A stretch of 32,000 nt of DNA, taken from assembly GCA_963716945.1 (NCBI GenBank), contig OY970322.1:570001-602000 (forward strand). Direction: 5' to 3'. Both the position numbers and the translations under genes were made by a program. Under the pieces are notes generated by a model. The model saw only the letters and a program-made list of their open reading frames with translations, had not been told where the DNA came from and searched no databases. Each line of letters starts with the position of its first letter. Position 1 is the first letter of the stretch. Shown here in pieces: positions 17,588 through 26,307 of this stretch. The stretch comes from Candidatus Saccharimonadota bacterium. Lineage in GTDB: Bacteria > Patescibacteriota > Saccharimonadia > Saccharimonadales > UBA4665.

Positions 17588-18718
17588 TTATACATCGATT
17601 AGCTGCCTGGCCCACCGTGCCTGCCGGCGGGCTTGTTCCAAACTGTCGGCGGTGGCGGTCAAGTGGCCCATCTTGCGGTCGATTTTGGTCGGCGATTTGC
17701 CGTATAAGTGGACGGTAACGCCGGAGAGCGCGGCGGCTTCGTCCAGGCCCTTGATGTCTGTCGGACCGTCTCGTTCGCCGAGGATGTTGATCATAACGGC
17801 GGCCGGTACGGTTAAGTCGGTCGGTCCCAGGGGCAAACCGGCTATAGCGCGGATGTGCTGCTCGAACTGCGAGGTGGCGCAAGCCTCAATCGTGTAATGG
17901 CCGGAGTTGTGGACGCGCGGCGCGATCTCGTTGACCAGGATTTCGTCATCATCGGTCAGGAACATTTCGATACCGAAGACACCGGCGCCTGCCAGGTGCT
18001 CGACGACGCTTAAGGCTACTTGTTCGGCCGTTTGGTAGAGTGATTCGCCAATCGCGGCCGGTGCCAGGACCTCGACGCAAATATTGCGCTGCTGGATGGT
18101 TTCGACCACCGGGTAAACCGCCGTTTCGCCGGTCGTGCCGCGGGCGACCATGACGGCTAATTCCTTACGGAACGCCACAAACTTTTCGGCGTAGAGTTTT
18201 TGGTCTTTGAAACGGTCAAAGGCTTTCTCCAAGTCTTCGCCGGAGCTGACGACCATGTTGCCGCGGCCGTCGTAGGCGCCGATCCGGGTTTTGACCAGCA
18301 TTTTGCCGCCGAAAGCTTGGAGGGCTTGGTTGGCCGAAGCCTCATCGGTGATTTCGACGAAATCGGCCAGCGGAATGCCGGCCTCGGCCAGGAACTGCTT
18401 CTGGCGGAATTTATCTTGGATCATGGCGATGGTGTCCGGCGCCGGTTGGACCGGCTTGCCCAGCGCAGCGATTTCGCTCAGCAGTTTGGCGTCAACGTGT
18501 TCGATCTCGATAGTCATGATGTCGGTTCGGGCGGCCAGCCGGCTCAGGGCGGCCGCGTCGTGCAAACCGGCCTTGATCTGCGTGGCTCCGACCTGGGCGG
18601 CCGGGCAGTTGTCATGGGGGTCGACCACGATCACTTTGAACCCTAGCGGCAGCGCGGCTTCGGTCAGCATGCGGCCCAATTGGCCGCCGCCGACGATGCC
18701 GATCACCTTATGTTGCAT
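17588..18718 (-). CDS. purK: N5-carboxyaminoimidazole ribonucleotide synthase (ATP-grasp)
   Basis: MQHKVIGIVGGGQLGRM..., an ATP-grasp core and NEIAPRVHNSGH. The start is set at ATG 18718. Confidence 0.9.
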   Translation of the reverse strand: MQHKVIGIVGGGQLGRMLTEAALPLGFKVIVVDPHDNCPAAQVGATQIKAGLHDAAALSRLAARTDIMTIEIEHVDAKLLSEIAALGKPVQPAPDTIAMIQDKFRQKQFLAEAGIPLADFVEITDEASANQALQAFGGKMLVKTRIGAYDGRGNMVVSSGEDLEKAFDRFKDQKLYAEKFVAFRKELAVMVARGTTGETAVYPVVETIQQRNICVEVLAPAAIGESLYQTAEQVALSVVEHLAGAGVFGIEMFLTDDDEILVNEIAPRVHNSGHYTIEACATSQFEQHIRAIAGLPLGPTDLTVPAAVMINILGERDGPTDIKGLDEAAALSGVTVHLYGKSPTKIDRKMGHLTATADSLEQARRQARWARQLIDV

Positions 18719-18852
18719 GCTTTTATCATACCGTATGCTTGCGATTTTGGCTGTTGTAACGGATAATATAAGGTATCGATACGCAATCATTTTCTCGTAC
18801 CAATTTTCAATTTCCCAATCAGACTGCGGTCTACCACGGCAAAGTCCGGGAC

Positions 18853-19737
18853 ATGTATACCATCGGTAATGACTGCCTGGTTTCGATTGCGACTGACCGG
18901 ATTTCGGCGTTTGATGTTGTCTTGCCCCGGGCAATTCCCTATAAGGGCCAGGTTCTTAACCAATTAGCCGCACATTTTTTGGAGCAGACAGGGGATATTA
19001 TCGAAAACTGGTTGCAGGCCGTGCCGGATCCGAACGCCAGCGTCGGCCGCAAGGCCGAACCGGTCAAGATCGAAATCGTAGTCCGCGGCTGCCTGGTCGG
19101 CCATGCCTGGCGCGAGTACGAGGCCGGCAAAAGACAGCTTTGCGGCGTTGATTTGCCTGAAGGCTTGCAGGAGTATGACGGCTTCGAATCACCTATCATT
19201 ACGCCGACGACCAAGGCTGATGCCGGCCATGACGAGGATATTTCCGGCGCGGAGTGCGTCAAACTAGGCCTGGCAACGGCCGAAGAGTGGCAGCAATTGA
19301 GCGACTACGCCTTGAAGCTGTTTGCCCGCGGCCAGCAATTGGCCCGCGACCGCGGCCTGGTGCTGGCCGACACCAAGTACGAATTCGGCCGGCTGGACGG
19401 CAAGCTTATCCTGATTGACGAGGTTCATACGCCTGACTCCTCGCGCTATTTCTACGCTGACAGTTATGATGCCTACGTGGCCGGACACAAAGACGAAGCG
19501 CCGAAGCATTTGTCGAAGGAATTCGTCCGCGCCTGGCTGATGGAGCATGGCTTCAGCGGCCAAGACGGCCAGGCGGTACCCGAATTAACCGATGTTTTCG
19601 TATCGTCGGTATCGGAACGCTACATTGAGCTGTATGATAAGTTGACGGGTAAGGCTTTCGTTAAAGCCGATACTGCCGACATCCTAAGGCGCATCGAAAC
19701 CAACGTCAAAAATTATTTGCAAAGGAGCCCTTCATGA
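18853..19737 (+). CDS. purC: Phosphoribosylaminoimidazole-succinocarboxamide synthase (long form). The true start is probably upstream of the first ATG.
   Basis: ATDRISAFD, GKGQVLN-like YKGQVLNQL and ADTKYEFG. The conserved GKVRDMY motif is encoded in frame immediately upstream (18838-18858) of the first ATG. See findings. Confidence 0.9.
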   Translation: MYTIGNDCLVSIATDRISAFDVVLPRAIPYKGQVLNQLAAHFLEQTGDIIENWLQAVPDPNASVGRKAEPVKIEIVVRGCLVGHAWREYEAGKRQLCGVDLPEGLQEYDGFESPIITPTTKADAGHDEDISGAECVKLGLATAEEWQQLSDYALKLFARGQQLARDRGLVLADTKYEFGRLDGKLILIDEVHTPDSSRYFYADSYDAYVAGHKDEAPKHLSKEFVRAWLMEHGFSGQDGQAVPELTDVFVSSVSERYIELYDKLTGKAFVKADTADILRRIETNVKNYLQRSPS

Positions 19738-21137
19738 AACCAATCAACTTGCCTGCCGTCTCCGAAGCCGCTAACTATAACGCGATTGACCCGCTGGACG
19801 GCCGCTATTACGATCCCGAAATCGCCAAATACCTATCCGAAGCCAGCCGTATCGCCTACCAGGCTTACGTCGAGGCGGCGCTGGCCCGCGGCCTGGCCGA
19901 ATTCGGCATTTGCTCCGAGGAAATAGCCGGCCAGATCGAAGAAGCTGCCGCCAAAGTCACGGCCGAAGCCGTCGCCGAAGAAGAAAAAACCACCAAGCAT
20001 GATGTCAAAGCCCTGGTCAACTGCATCAAGGCCGGCTTGCCGGAAACCGCCCAGCCCTATGTCCATTTCGGCGCTACGTCTTATGATATCGTCGCCACGG
20101 CTATGAGCTTGCAACTTAGGGCGGCCGTCAACGAAGTATTAATTCCCCGCCTGGTGGCCCTCGAGAAAACCTTGCTGCGCCTGACCAAAGATTACGCCGA
20201 AACCATCCAGATCGGCCGCACCCACGGCCAGCACGCCGTGCCGGTAACTTTCGGCTTCGCCATGGCCGAATATACCAGCCGTTTGGGTGCCAGCATCAGT
20301 TCTATCAAAGTGCTCAACGGCAAGCTCAAGGGCAAGTTTTCCGGGGCCGTCGGCGCTTATAACGCGCTCAGCCTGTTCGTTGACGACCCGCTGGAATTCG
20401 AGAAAACCGTTTTGGGCTACCTCGACATTGAACCGGCTCCCTACTCGACACAGATTATACCGGCCGAAAACTACGTCCGCCTGATTGACGAACTGGCCGT
20501 TACGGCCGGCATCATGGCCAACCTCGGCCATGACATGCGCCACCTGCAGCGTTCCGAAATCGCCGAAGTCCGCGAACAATTCGAAGCCGGCCAAACCGGC
20601 AGCTCGACCATGGCCCACAAACGCAACCCCTGGAATTTCGAAAACGTTATCGGCATGCACAAGCAGGTCCTGGCCCAAGTCGTCAACGCCAACCTCAACA
20701 TCAGCAGCGAGCACCAGCGCGACCTGACCGACTCGGCTTCGGCCCGTTTCTACCCCGTCGTCATAGCCAGCGTGGCCTCAATGGCCGGCCGCCTTGACCG
20801 GGTTATGGGCAAGCTTGAAGTTGATGCCGACAACATGCAAAAGAACCTGTACATGAGCGGCGGCGCCATAGCGGCCGAACCGCTTTATTTGCTGCTCGAG
20901 AAATACGGCCACACCACGGCCCATGAAGCTTCCAAAGCTTTGGCCCACCAGGCGCTGGAAGCCGGCAAGCCGTTATACGAAGTCGCTTCGCAGGACGACG
21001 GTATTCGCGACTACTTCGCCAAGTTTACCGATGGCGAAAAGCAAATTCTGCAGGAACCCGAAAAGTACTACACCGGCCTGGCCGCCAAAAAAGCCCTGGC
21101 TGTTTACGACTACTGGCAAGATAAGCTGGCTAATTAA
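19734..21137 (+). CDS. purB: Adenylosuccinate lyase
   Basis: Fumarate-lyase signature GSSTMAHKRNP, at 467 aa. ATGA overlap with purC. Confidence 0.95.
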   Translation: MKPINLPAVSEAANYNAIDPLDGRYYDPEIAKYLSEASRIAYQAYVEAALARGLAEFGICSEEIAGQIEEAAAKVTAEAVAEEEKTTKHDVKALVNCIKAGLPETAQPYVHFGATSYDIVATAMSLQLRAAVNEVLIPRLVALEKTLLRLTKDYAETIQIGRTHGQHAVPVTFGFAMAEYTSRLGASISSIKVLNGKLKGKFSGAVGAYNALSLFVDDPLEFEKTVLGYLDIEPAPYSTQIIPAENYVRLIDELAVTAGIMANLGHDMRHLQRSEIAEVREQFEAGQTGSSTMAHKRNPWNFENVIGMHKQVLAQVVNANLNISSEHQRDLTDSASARFYPVVIASVASMAGRLDRVMGKLEVDADNMQKNLYMSGGAIAAEPLYLLLEKYGHTTAHEASKALAHQALEAGKPLYEVASQDDGIRDYFAKFTDGEKQILQEPEKYYTGLAAKKALAVYDYWQDKLAN

Positions 21138-21864
21138 GCCGGGCCATAGCTTCGACATCGGGCTTGAGCAGACGCAAAATAGCCGTCGCCGACAAGCGCT
21201 CAAACTTCAAACGTTCTGCCCGGAAACGCATTACGGATAACTGCTCCCTGACAAAGTCTCTGGTATTCTCGCGTTCAACTTCTTCCGAAGGCGGTACTTC
21301 ACCGATTGCCTCTAAGAGATCGCGTAGGTTAATAACCGGGATACCATCAATCGTCTCCGGCTTAGACTCTTCCTCTTGCCGGTCAAGCGCTGCCAAGCGA
21401 ACTGTTAAGCCGGCGATTTGCTGATTGCGCAGCGACGCGACCGTGCCTTCCTTTTCGATTATATAAGCACCGACTTTGGCAATAGCCGGACCGGGTTCCA
21501 AGCCGCTTTCTAGTAAATTATGGTAGCCCCGGTCTACGCATTGCGCCAGATGGGACTGTAAAAGCGTGACCGCCAAGCCTTGCCGGGTAGCTTCGCTTCT
21601 TCCGCCTTGTTCCTGCTCCTGTTCGTAGATACCGGCTCGATAAGCCATTATGCTTTCGTGCACTCGGTGCAAGGGACTGTCTTCAGACACGTAGCCGCCA
21701 CTATAGTTCCCCAGAGGATTATCGGCACCTGCCACGAACATGGTCTGGAGGGGGAATATGTCCGATAGCGGCTCTTCGCCGGCGCCGGCGACCAGCACTT
21801 CCGCGGCCGGAGTAAGCGCCTGGGGTATTAAGAGGGCATGCTCTTTAATCATGAAAGTATGCAA
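21130..21864 (-). CDS. Hypothetical protein, paralog A of a tandem pair
   Basis: 244-aa ORF (TTG 21864 or ATG 21852). It shares collinear blocks with the upstream gene: SDIFP, GLAVTLLQSHLAQCVDRGYHNLL versus GLSVVNLQIHLALCIDKGYLNVL, and a C-terminal helix RAERLKFERLSATAI versus RLERLRFEWLSARAI. Confidence 0.6.
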   Translation of the reverse strand: MHTFMIKEHALLIPQALTPAAEVLVAGAGEEPLSDIFPLQTMFVAGADNPLGNYSGGYVSEDSPLHRVHESIMAYRAGIYEQEQEQGGRSEATRQGLAVTLLQSHLAQCVDRGYHNLLESGLEPGPAIAKVGAYIIEKEGTVASLRNQQIAGLTVRLAALDRQEEESKPETIDGIPVINLRDLLEAIGEVPPSEEVERENTRDFVREQLSVMRFRAERLKFERLSATAILRLLKPDVEAMARLN

Positions 21865-21885
21865 TCACTTAAGGTTTATAAGCTG

Positions 21886-22539
21886 TCATTCCTCAGCGTG
21901 AGCCAATACCGACCGCTTCATTATCTGCTCGATAGCCCTAGCCGATAACCATTCGAAACGCAACCGCTCTAAACGCAGCTCGGCTTGCCTGATTTGCTGT
22001 CGCGGGCCGCTTGTCCCCTGTTGCTCCTCGGCCGGTTCCGAACGGCCGCTGAAGCTTTCAGCTTTGGCTTGGGCCGCGACCAAAGTGCCTACCTGGTCGG
22101 TGTAGCGGTCATAACTCATTTCATCCCGTTCGTCTATGTAGCCGGCTAAGATTGCGAAAGCTATGCGCGGATCATTGCCGGCGCTGCCTTTCAGCACGTT
22201 GAGGTAGCCCTTGTCAATACACAGAGCCAGGTGAATCTGGAGATTAACGACTGACAGCCCGCTTTCCGTTTCTTCGGTGGGGATATAGCCGTTTCGCCTC
22301 TCTTCGGCTTTGAGCCGGTTGCTGCGGGCAATCAGGGTGCCCATTAGCGGCTGCAAAGGGCTGTTCCCAGGCAGCGTTGGGCTAAGGTAATCTCCGAGTA
22401 TACCCCGGCTTTTCTCGGGATAAGTCTCCGGGAAAATATCCGAGCCGAGGCTATCAGAGTGTGCCAGCAGGGCTTCACGGGGCGGAGTTTCGGAAGCGGG
22501 CAGCAGCGTGGAGAAACCGGCGGCATCAGGGTGGGACAT
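21886..22539 (-). CDS. Hypothetical protein, paralog B of a tandem pair
   Basis: 217-aa ORF. It is a paralog of 21130-21864 (blocks listed there). I recognise no domain. Confidence 0.6.
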   Translation of the reverse strand: MSHPDAAGFSTLLPASETPPREALLAHSDSLGSDIFPETYPEKSRGILGDYLSPTLPGNSPLQPLMGTLIARSNRLKAEERRNGYIPTEETESGLSVVNLQIHLALCIDKGYLNVLKGSAGNDPRIAFAILAGYIDERDEMSYDRYTDQVGTLVAAQAKAESFSGRSEPAEEQQGTSGPRQQIRQAELRLERLRFEWLSARAIEQIMKRSVLAHAEE

Positions 22540-22546
22540 AATACAT

Positions 22547-22575
22547 ATTATACACTTATATTATAGTTCTTGCAA
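22547..22575 (-). promoter_or_regulatory. Near-consensus sigma70 promoter directly in front of paralog B, probably giving a leaderless or near-leaderless mRNA
   Basis: On the minus strand: TTGCAA (22575-22570), a 17-nt spacer, TATAAT (22552-22547), then only 7 nt before the ATG at 22539. No Shine-Dalgarno sequence is possible in that space. Confidence 0.5.
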
Positions 22576-22597
22576 ACATTTGCTCTTTGCCGGGCCG

Positions 22598-24271
22598 TTA
22601 GTGCATGTAGAAGCCGCGGCCGGTTTTGTCCGGTACCATCGCGATAACGGCACCCGCATCGGCCAGTGTCTTGATTACCTGTTCGTCGCCGACCGACCCG
22701 CTGGAGGTCAGGACGGCCTTGATGCCGGCCTTGGCTAGGAGCTCTGGCCCGTCGGGGAATGGGAAAAAGCTGTCACTGTAGGCGGCGGCACCTGCCAATT
22801 TTTGCTTGTCTAGAATAACTTTTAGGACCAAGTTGCCGCCCTGTTCTTCCAGCTCCGGCAAGGCGTTGGTGGTGCGGGTCAGCGCCAACTGTCCGGCCCC
22901 GACTCGGTCTTGCTGGCCGACGCCGTTGCCGATAAGCCGGCCGTCTTTGACCAGGGTGATAGTGTTGCTGTTACTGGTGCAGCCGACGGCCCAGCCGAGT
23001 ACCATGTCGCGTTTCTGCTGCTCAGTCGGCTGGCCGTGCAGCTGCATGTAATCGGCCGACAGGTCGATGACGAAATCATAATTCGGCTGTTCGAGAACGC
23101 CGCCGCGGACCGGCCGGCTACGGCGGCCGCCATCCAGCGACCCGGCGGACAGCTCGGCCAGCGCCGGGTTAACCACGACCCGCAGTTTGTTGCGGCTTAG
23201 CAGCTCCAAAGCCTCTTTGCTAACGCCTGAACCGACTACCCCGTCCAATAAACGCGGCTTGTCGCCGTCCATGGCATAGTGCATCAGCGCTTCGGCGACA
23301 TCTTCGTCAATTTCGCCATTAATCATAACTACGCCGCCGAAAATCGCTCGGGTGTCGCCCGTCAGCATTTTTTGGATAGCCTCGACCCTCGTCTCGCCGA
23401 CGGCCGCGCCGCAGGCGTTGCCATGTTTAACGCCGACGGCTATGGCTGGCACATCGTCGAAATTCTTATCAAAACCGGCAGCTATATGGGTGACGGTCTG
23501 GAGCAGCCGGTCGATGTCGGTGATGTTGATGAAGCTGCGTTCCATGCCCTGGACATGCTCGAATTTGTCCAGGCCCAGCGGGTCGGCCGCAATGCGGTTG
23601 TCGGCGTAGAAGCCGGCTTCGGCTTGCTGCGGGTTTTCGCCGTATTTGGTCGGACTGGCTAAACGGGCGGCGAAGCCGCTGATGTCCGTACCGCCGAGGT
23701 ACTTGGCCGAAGCCAGGACATAGCGGGCGACCTCGTACTCCGCCCGGGCGGCCAGATCGTGGACGAATTGCGCCTCGTCCGGTTTGCCGGCCTTGAGCCA
23801 TTCCAGCACGGGCTGCCGCTGCGAAGCATGCGACAGGACCACCCGCCGGCCCTTGGCCGCCAGGCGCAGCATGGTCGGACCGCCCATGTCGGTTTGCTCG
23901 ATAACGTCCTGCTCGGTCGCGCCGGGCTTAGCGATGATTTCTTCGAGCGGGTACATATCGACGCAAACCAGGTCGATAACCGGCAGCTTCAGTTCGGCCA
24001 TTTCGGCTAGGTCGGCGTCACTGGATTTATTAGCCAGCAGTCCGGCCGAAATTTCCCGCGACAAGGTCACGACCCGGTGGCCCAGAATCGCGCCGCCGCC
24101 GACCAGCCCGGCGATGTCAGTAACTTTAATGCCGGCCGCCTCGATAGCCTTGGCCGTACCGCCGGAAGCATAAACCTGCCAGCCCAGCTCGGCCAGCCCG
24201 CGGGCGAACTCATCGATACCCGACTTGTCATAAACCGAAATCAACGCCACGCCGGCCGCTTCGCCCATCAT
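22598..24271 (-). CDS. purH: Bifunctional AICAR transformylase / IMP cyclohydrolase
   Basis: N-terminal MGS-like IMPCH domain (ALISVYDKSGI, ASGGTAK), then an AICARFT domain with VKHGNACG. AAGGAGG lies upstream. The second ATG (24268) has the better spacing. Confidence 0.95.
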   Translation of the reverse strand: MMGEAAGVALISVYDKSGIDEFARGLAELGWQVYASGGTAKAIEAAGIKVTDIAGLVGGGAILGHRVVTLSREISAGLLANKSSDADLAEMAELKLPVIDLVCVDMYPLEEIIAKPGATEQDVIEQTDMGGPTMLRLAAKGRRVVLSHASQRQPVLEWLKAGKPDEAQFVHDLAARAEYEVARYVLASAKYLGGTDISGFAARLASPTKYGENPQQAEAGFYADNRIAADPLGLDKFEHVQGMERSFINITDIDRLLQTVTHIAAGFDKNFDDVPAIAVGVKHGNACGAAVGETRVEAIQKMLTGDTRAIFGGVVMINGEIDEDVAEALMHYAMDGDKPRLLDGVVGSGVSKEALELLSRNKLRVVVNPALAELSAGSLDGGRRSRPVRGGVLEQPNYDFVIDLSADYMQLHGQPTEQQKRDMVLGWAVGCTSNSNTITLVKDGRLIGNGVGQQDRVGAGQLALTRTTNALPELEEQGGNLVLKVILDKQKLAGAAAYSDSFFPFPDGPELLAKAGIKAVLTSSGSVGDEQVIKTLADAGAVIAMVPDKTGRGFYMH

Positions 24272-24500
24272 GCCTCCTTGTCAGCTAATCAATACAGACA
24301 GTATCTTATAATTCGTTACACAGGACAAGCCGCATGCTGCCGAAACGCCCGGTTGTCTAGCCCAAGGCTTTTGACAGGCGGTCAAACCTAGCCCCTCGGT
24401 CATAATGAAACCCTCGGCTTGCATAGTTATCCACATAAGCTATTTGACACAAAAACTATTTGGGTGGATGATGAAAATGTCAATTAAGGAGGGTGTCTCT

Positions 24501-25037
24501 ATGAGCACAGCAAGCGTAACCAAAGAAAACTGGTGGGCTCTGGTTCTAGGGGGTGTGGCAACTATTATCTTCGGTGTGGCAGCGGTCTTTTGGCCGGGGC
24601 TGACACTGCTAGTGCTGCTCTATCTGTTCAGTGCCTACGCGCTGGTCAGCGGAGTGGTTAACGTGACGGCCGGTCTTGGCACGCTGGGCCGCGTCGATTC
24701 GTGGTTCCTGCCGGTCGCGCTGGGCGCGTTCGAACTGGGTGTCGGGGTGTACCTGCTCCGCCACACGGCCGTGAAGTTCAGTACCTTCATCGTACTGATC
24801 GGTTTCGTATTGATTGCCCGGGGCGTCATTGAAGCCGTCGGGGCTTACTTTAACGCCGGTCTGGCCGCCCGGGCCCGGGCCTTAAGCTATCTGAGCGGCC
24901 TCGGCGCGCTGGTAGCCGGTATCGCCATCCTGTTCGCCAAGCAGGCTCAAGGCGTGTCCTTCGTTTGGATCCTGGGTCTGTACGCGATTATCGTCGGTAC
25001 GATCCAGATTACCGAGTTGTCCAGCGGCAGCAAATAA
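24501..25037 (+). CDS. HdeD/DUF308-family membrane protein
   Basis: NWWALVLGGVATIIFGVAAVFWPG... and repeated TM pairs typical of DUF308. The start is set at ATG 24501, which is preceded by AAGGAGGG (24486-24493). The track start at 24405 has no RBS. Confidence 0.65.
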   Translation: MSTASVTKENWWALVLGGVATIIFGVAAVFWPGLTLLVLLYLFSAYALVSGVVNVTAGLGTLGRVDSWFLPVALGAFELGVGVYLLRHTAVKFSTFIVLIGFVLIARGVIEAVGAYFNAGLAARARALSYLSGLGALVAGIAILFAKQAQGVSFVWILGLYAIIVGTIQITELSSGSK

Positions 25038-25059
25038 ACAATTCAGATAAATAATAAGG

Positions 25060-25091
25060 CGCAGGCAGTCGGATTAGGCTGCCTGCGTTTG
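25060..25091. terminator. Hairpin between convergent genes (candidate bidirectional terminator)
   Basis: CGCAGGCAG (25060-25068) pairs with CTGCCTGCG (25079-25087), giving a 9-bp perfect stem and a 10-nt loop. It is followed by TTTG on the + strand and by a T-rich run on the - strand. It overlaps the last codons of the GNAT-like gene. Confidence 0.4.
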
Positions 25092-25667
25092 CATGTCAAA
25101 GCGGCTGTTTAGCTCATAGGGCTGTTCCAGTTCGGCCACCCCGACCCGGCTAAGGTCGATAACCACACCGAAACCTATCTTGCGATGCTCAAGGTCCGCT
25201 TCAAACTGCCCTGACCGTTCCAGCAGCGCGATTGCCTCGTCGGCCGATATGGGCAGTTCGGCTTCGTGGCCGTCGATCGGGTCGGCATTCGTAAAACTCA
25301 GGCTATCTTCGCCGAATACCCGGCGCAGCGCCATGACGGTGTACTGGGAGTTGGCCTGGCCGCTGAGGCTTTCGATCTGGTTTTGCTTGGCTACGTAGCC
25401 CAGAGCGCTGATCAACCGCTTGCCGATGCCGCCTTCGCGGATGGACGGGTCAACCCTTAGGCCTAAAAATACCATTTCCCGCGTATTGCCGTCGGCATCA
25501 TCCCGGCCCATGGCGGCGTTGAAAGTGCAGCCATATGGCAGCTTAAGCCCCAAACGGACCTTGCCTATCGAGGTATCGTCTGACCATGAAGCTTCTACCG
25601 GACAATTCTGAAGATCGTTCAGTATAAAGCGGCGCTCGGCTTCCCGGCGTTTGGCCAAACTGTTCAT
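25074..25667 (-). CDS. GNAT-like N-acetyltransferase (tentative)
   Basis: 197-aa ORF with LRVDPSIREGGIGKRLISAL, which resembles GNAT motif A (R/Q-x-x-G-x-G/A). I recognise no other motif. Confidence 0.45.
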   Translation of the reverse strand: MNSLAKRREAERRFILNDLQNCPVEASWSDDTSIGKVRLGLKLPYGCTFNAAMGRDDADGNTREMVFLGLRVDPSIREGGIGKRLISALGYVAKQNQIESLSGQANSQYTVMALRRVFGEDSLSFTNADPIDGHEAELPISADEAIALLERSGQFEADLEHRKIGFGVVIDLSRVGVAELEQPYELNSRFDMQTQAA

Positions 25668-25705
25668 AAATAAACATTAACATAAAATAATCACTTTGAC
25701 AAGTA

Positions 25706-25713
25706 GTAGCTCA
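25706..25713. repeat. Left copy of the 8-bp direct repeat GTAGCTCA (putative target-site duplication)
   Basis: Abuts the left TIR. An identical 8-mer abuts the right TIR at 28344-28351. Confidence 0.75.
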
Positions 25714-25739
25714 GGCATGTCCCCCCAAAGCACAAGTAG
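25714..25739. repeat. Left terminal inverted repeat
   Basis: GGCATGTCCCCCCAAAGCACAAGTAG. It is the inverted match to 28318-28343 (23/26). Confidence 0.85.
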
Positions 25740-25800
25740 ACCTTTCAGGTGGGTAGATAGAGATCACAGTTATTTCTAAATATTATGAGATAATAGGGGG

Positions 25801-26301
25801 ATGGAGCCGAGACGACCTATAGGTAATTATGCTTTCATAGATTCTCAGAATCTATATATGAGTCTTGAGGAGTGCGGATGGCGGCTAGACTGGCGAAAGT
25901 TCAGAACGTATCTTAGAGAAAAGTATGCAGTGACTGATGCTTACGTATTCATAGGTTATATTTCAGCTCAAGAACCATTATATAAATTCTTACAAGAAGC
26001 TGGATTTACACTTATTTTTAAGGAGACCCAGAAGAGAGTTGATGGTTCATCTAAAGGTAATGTTGATGCCGAATTAGTTCTGAACGCTATGATAGAATAC
26101 CCGAATTATGATAAAGCGGTAATCATAACTGGTGATGGGGACTTCGCTTGCCTTATCACTTATTTAAAGAAACAAGATAAGTTACAAATGCTTCTTGTTC
26201 CCAATGAAGCTAAATATTCTGCACTACTCAAAAAGGCAGCAGCCAGCCAGTTGGCTTCAATTAGCAGTCTTCAAAAGAGGCTAGAATACATCCCTAAATG
26301 A
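25801..26301 (+). CDS. NYN-domain (LabA-like, PIN-related) putative ribonuclease
   Basis: NYAFIDSQNLY, GNVDAELV and VIITGDGDFACLI place the conserved Asp residues as in the NYN/LabA fold. 166 aa. Confidence 0.8.
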   Translation: MEPRRPIGNYAFIDSQNLYMSLEECGWRLDWRKFRTYLREKYAVTDAYVFIGYISAQEPLYKFLQEAGFTLIFKETQKRVDGSSKGNVDAELVLNAMIEYPNYDKAVIITGDGDFACLITYLKKQDKLQMLLVPNEAKYSALLKKAAASQLASISSLQKRLEYIPK

Positions 26302-26307
26302 AAAGCA

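Noticed and set aside
17574-17882. N-terminal 103-aa extension of the purE ORF in the track
   Set aside because: The extension is Arg/Pro-rich nonsense overlapping the purK 3' end. The canonical PurE N-terminus (MSNPVVGIIMGSDSD) starts at ATG 17573, with AGGAG upstream.
18719-18934. 72-aa N-terminal extension of the purK ORF in the track
   Set aside because: It is not PurK-like and it overlaps the purC start region. The canonical N-terminus with GGGQLGRM begins at ATG 18718.
24272-24500. ZTP-riboswitch-like fragments (ACCGGGCG, CCGCCTG...CCTTGGGC) upstream of purH on the minus strand
   Set aside because: The fragments occur in the wrong 5'-to-3' order and are not contiguous. No P1/P2 pairing is evident.
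25701-25719. GTAGCTCA next to both island ends looked like the 5' acceptor/D-arm of a tRNA (GTAGCTCAG...), which would suggest integration into a tRNA gene
   Set aside because: No cloverleaf, anticodon arm or T-arm (GGTTCGAATCC-like) can be built on either side. The identical 8-mers sit exactly outside the inverted repeats, which fits a target-site duplication better.
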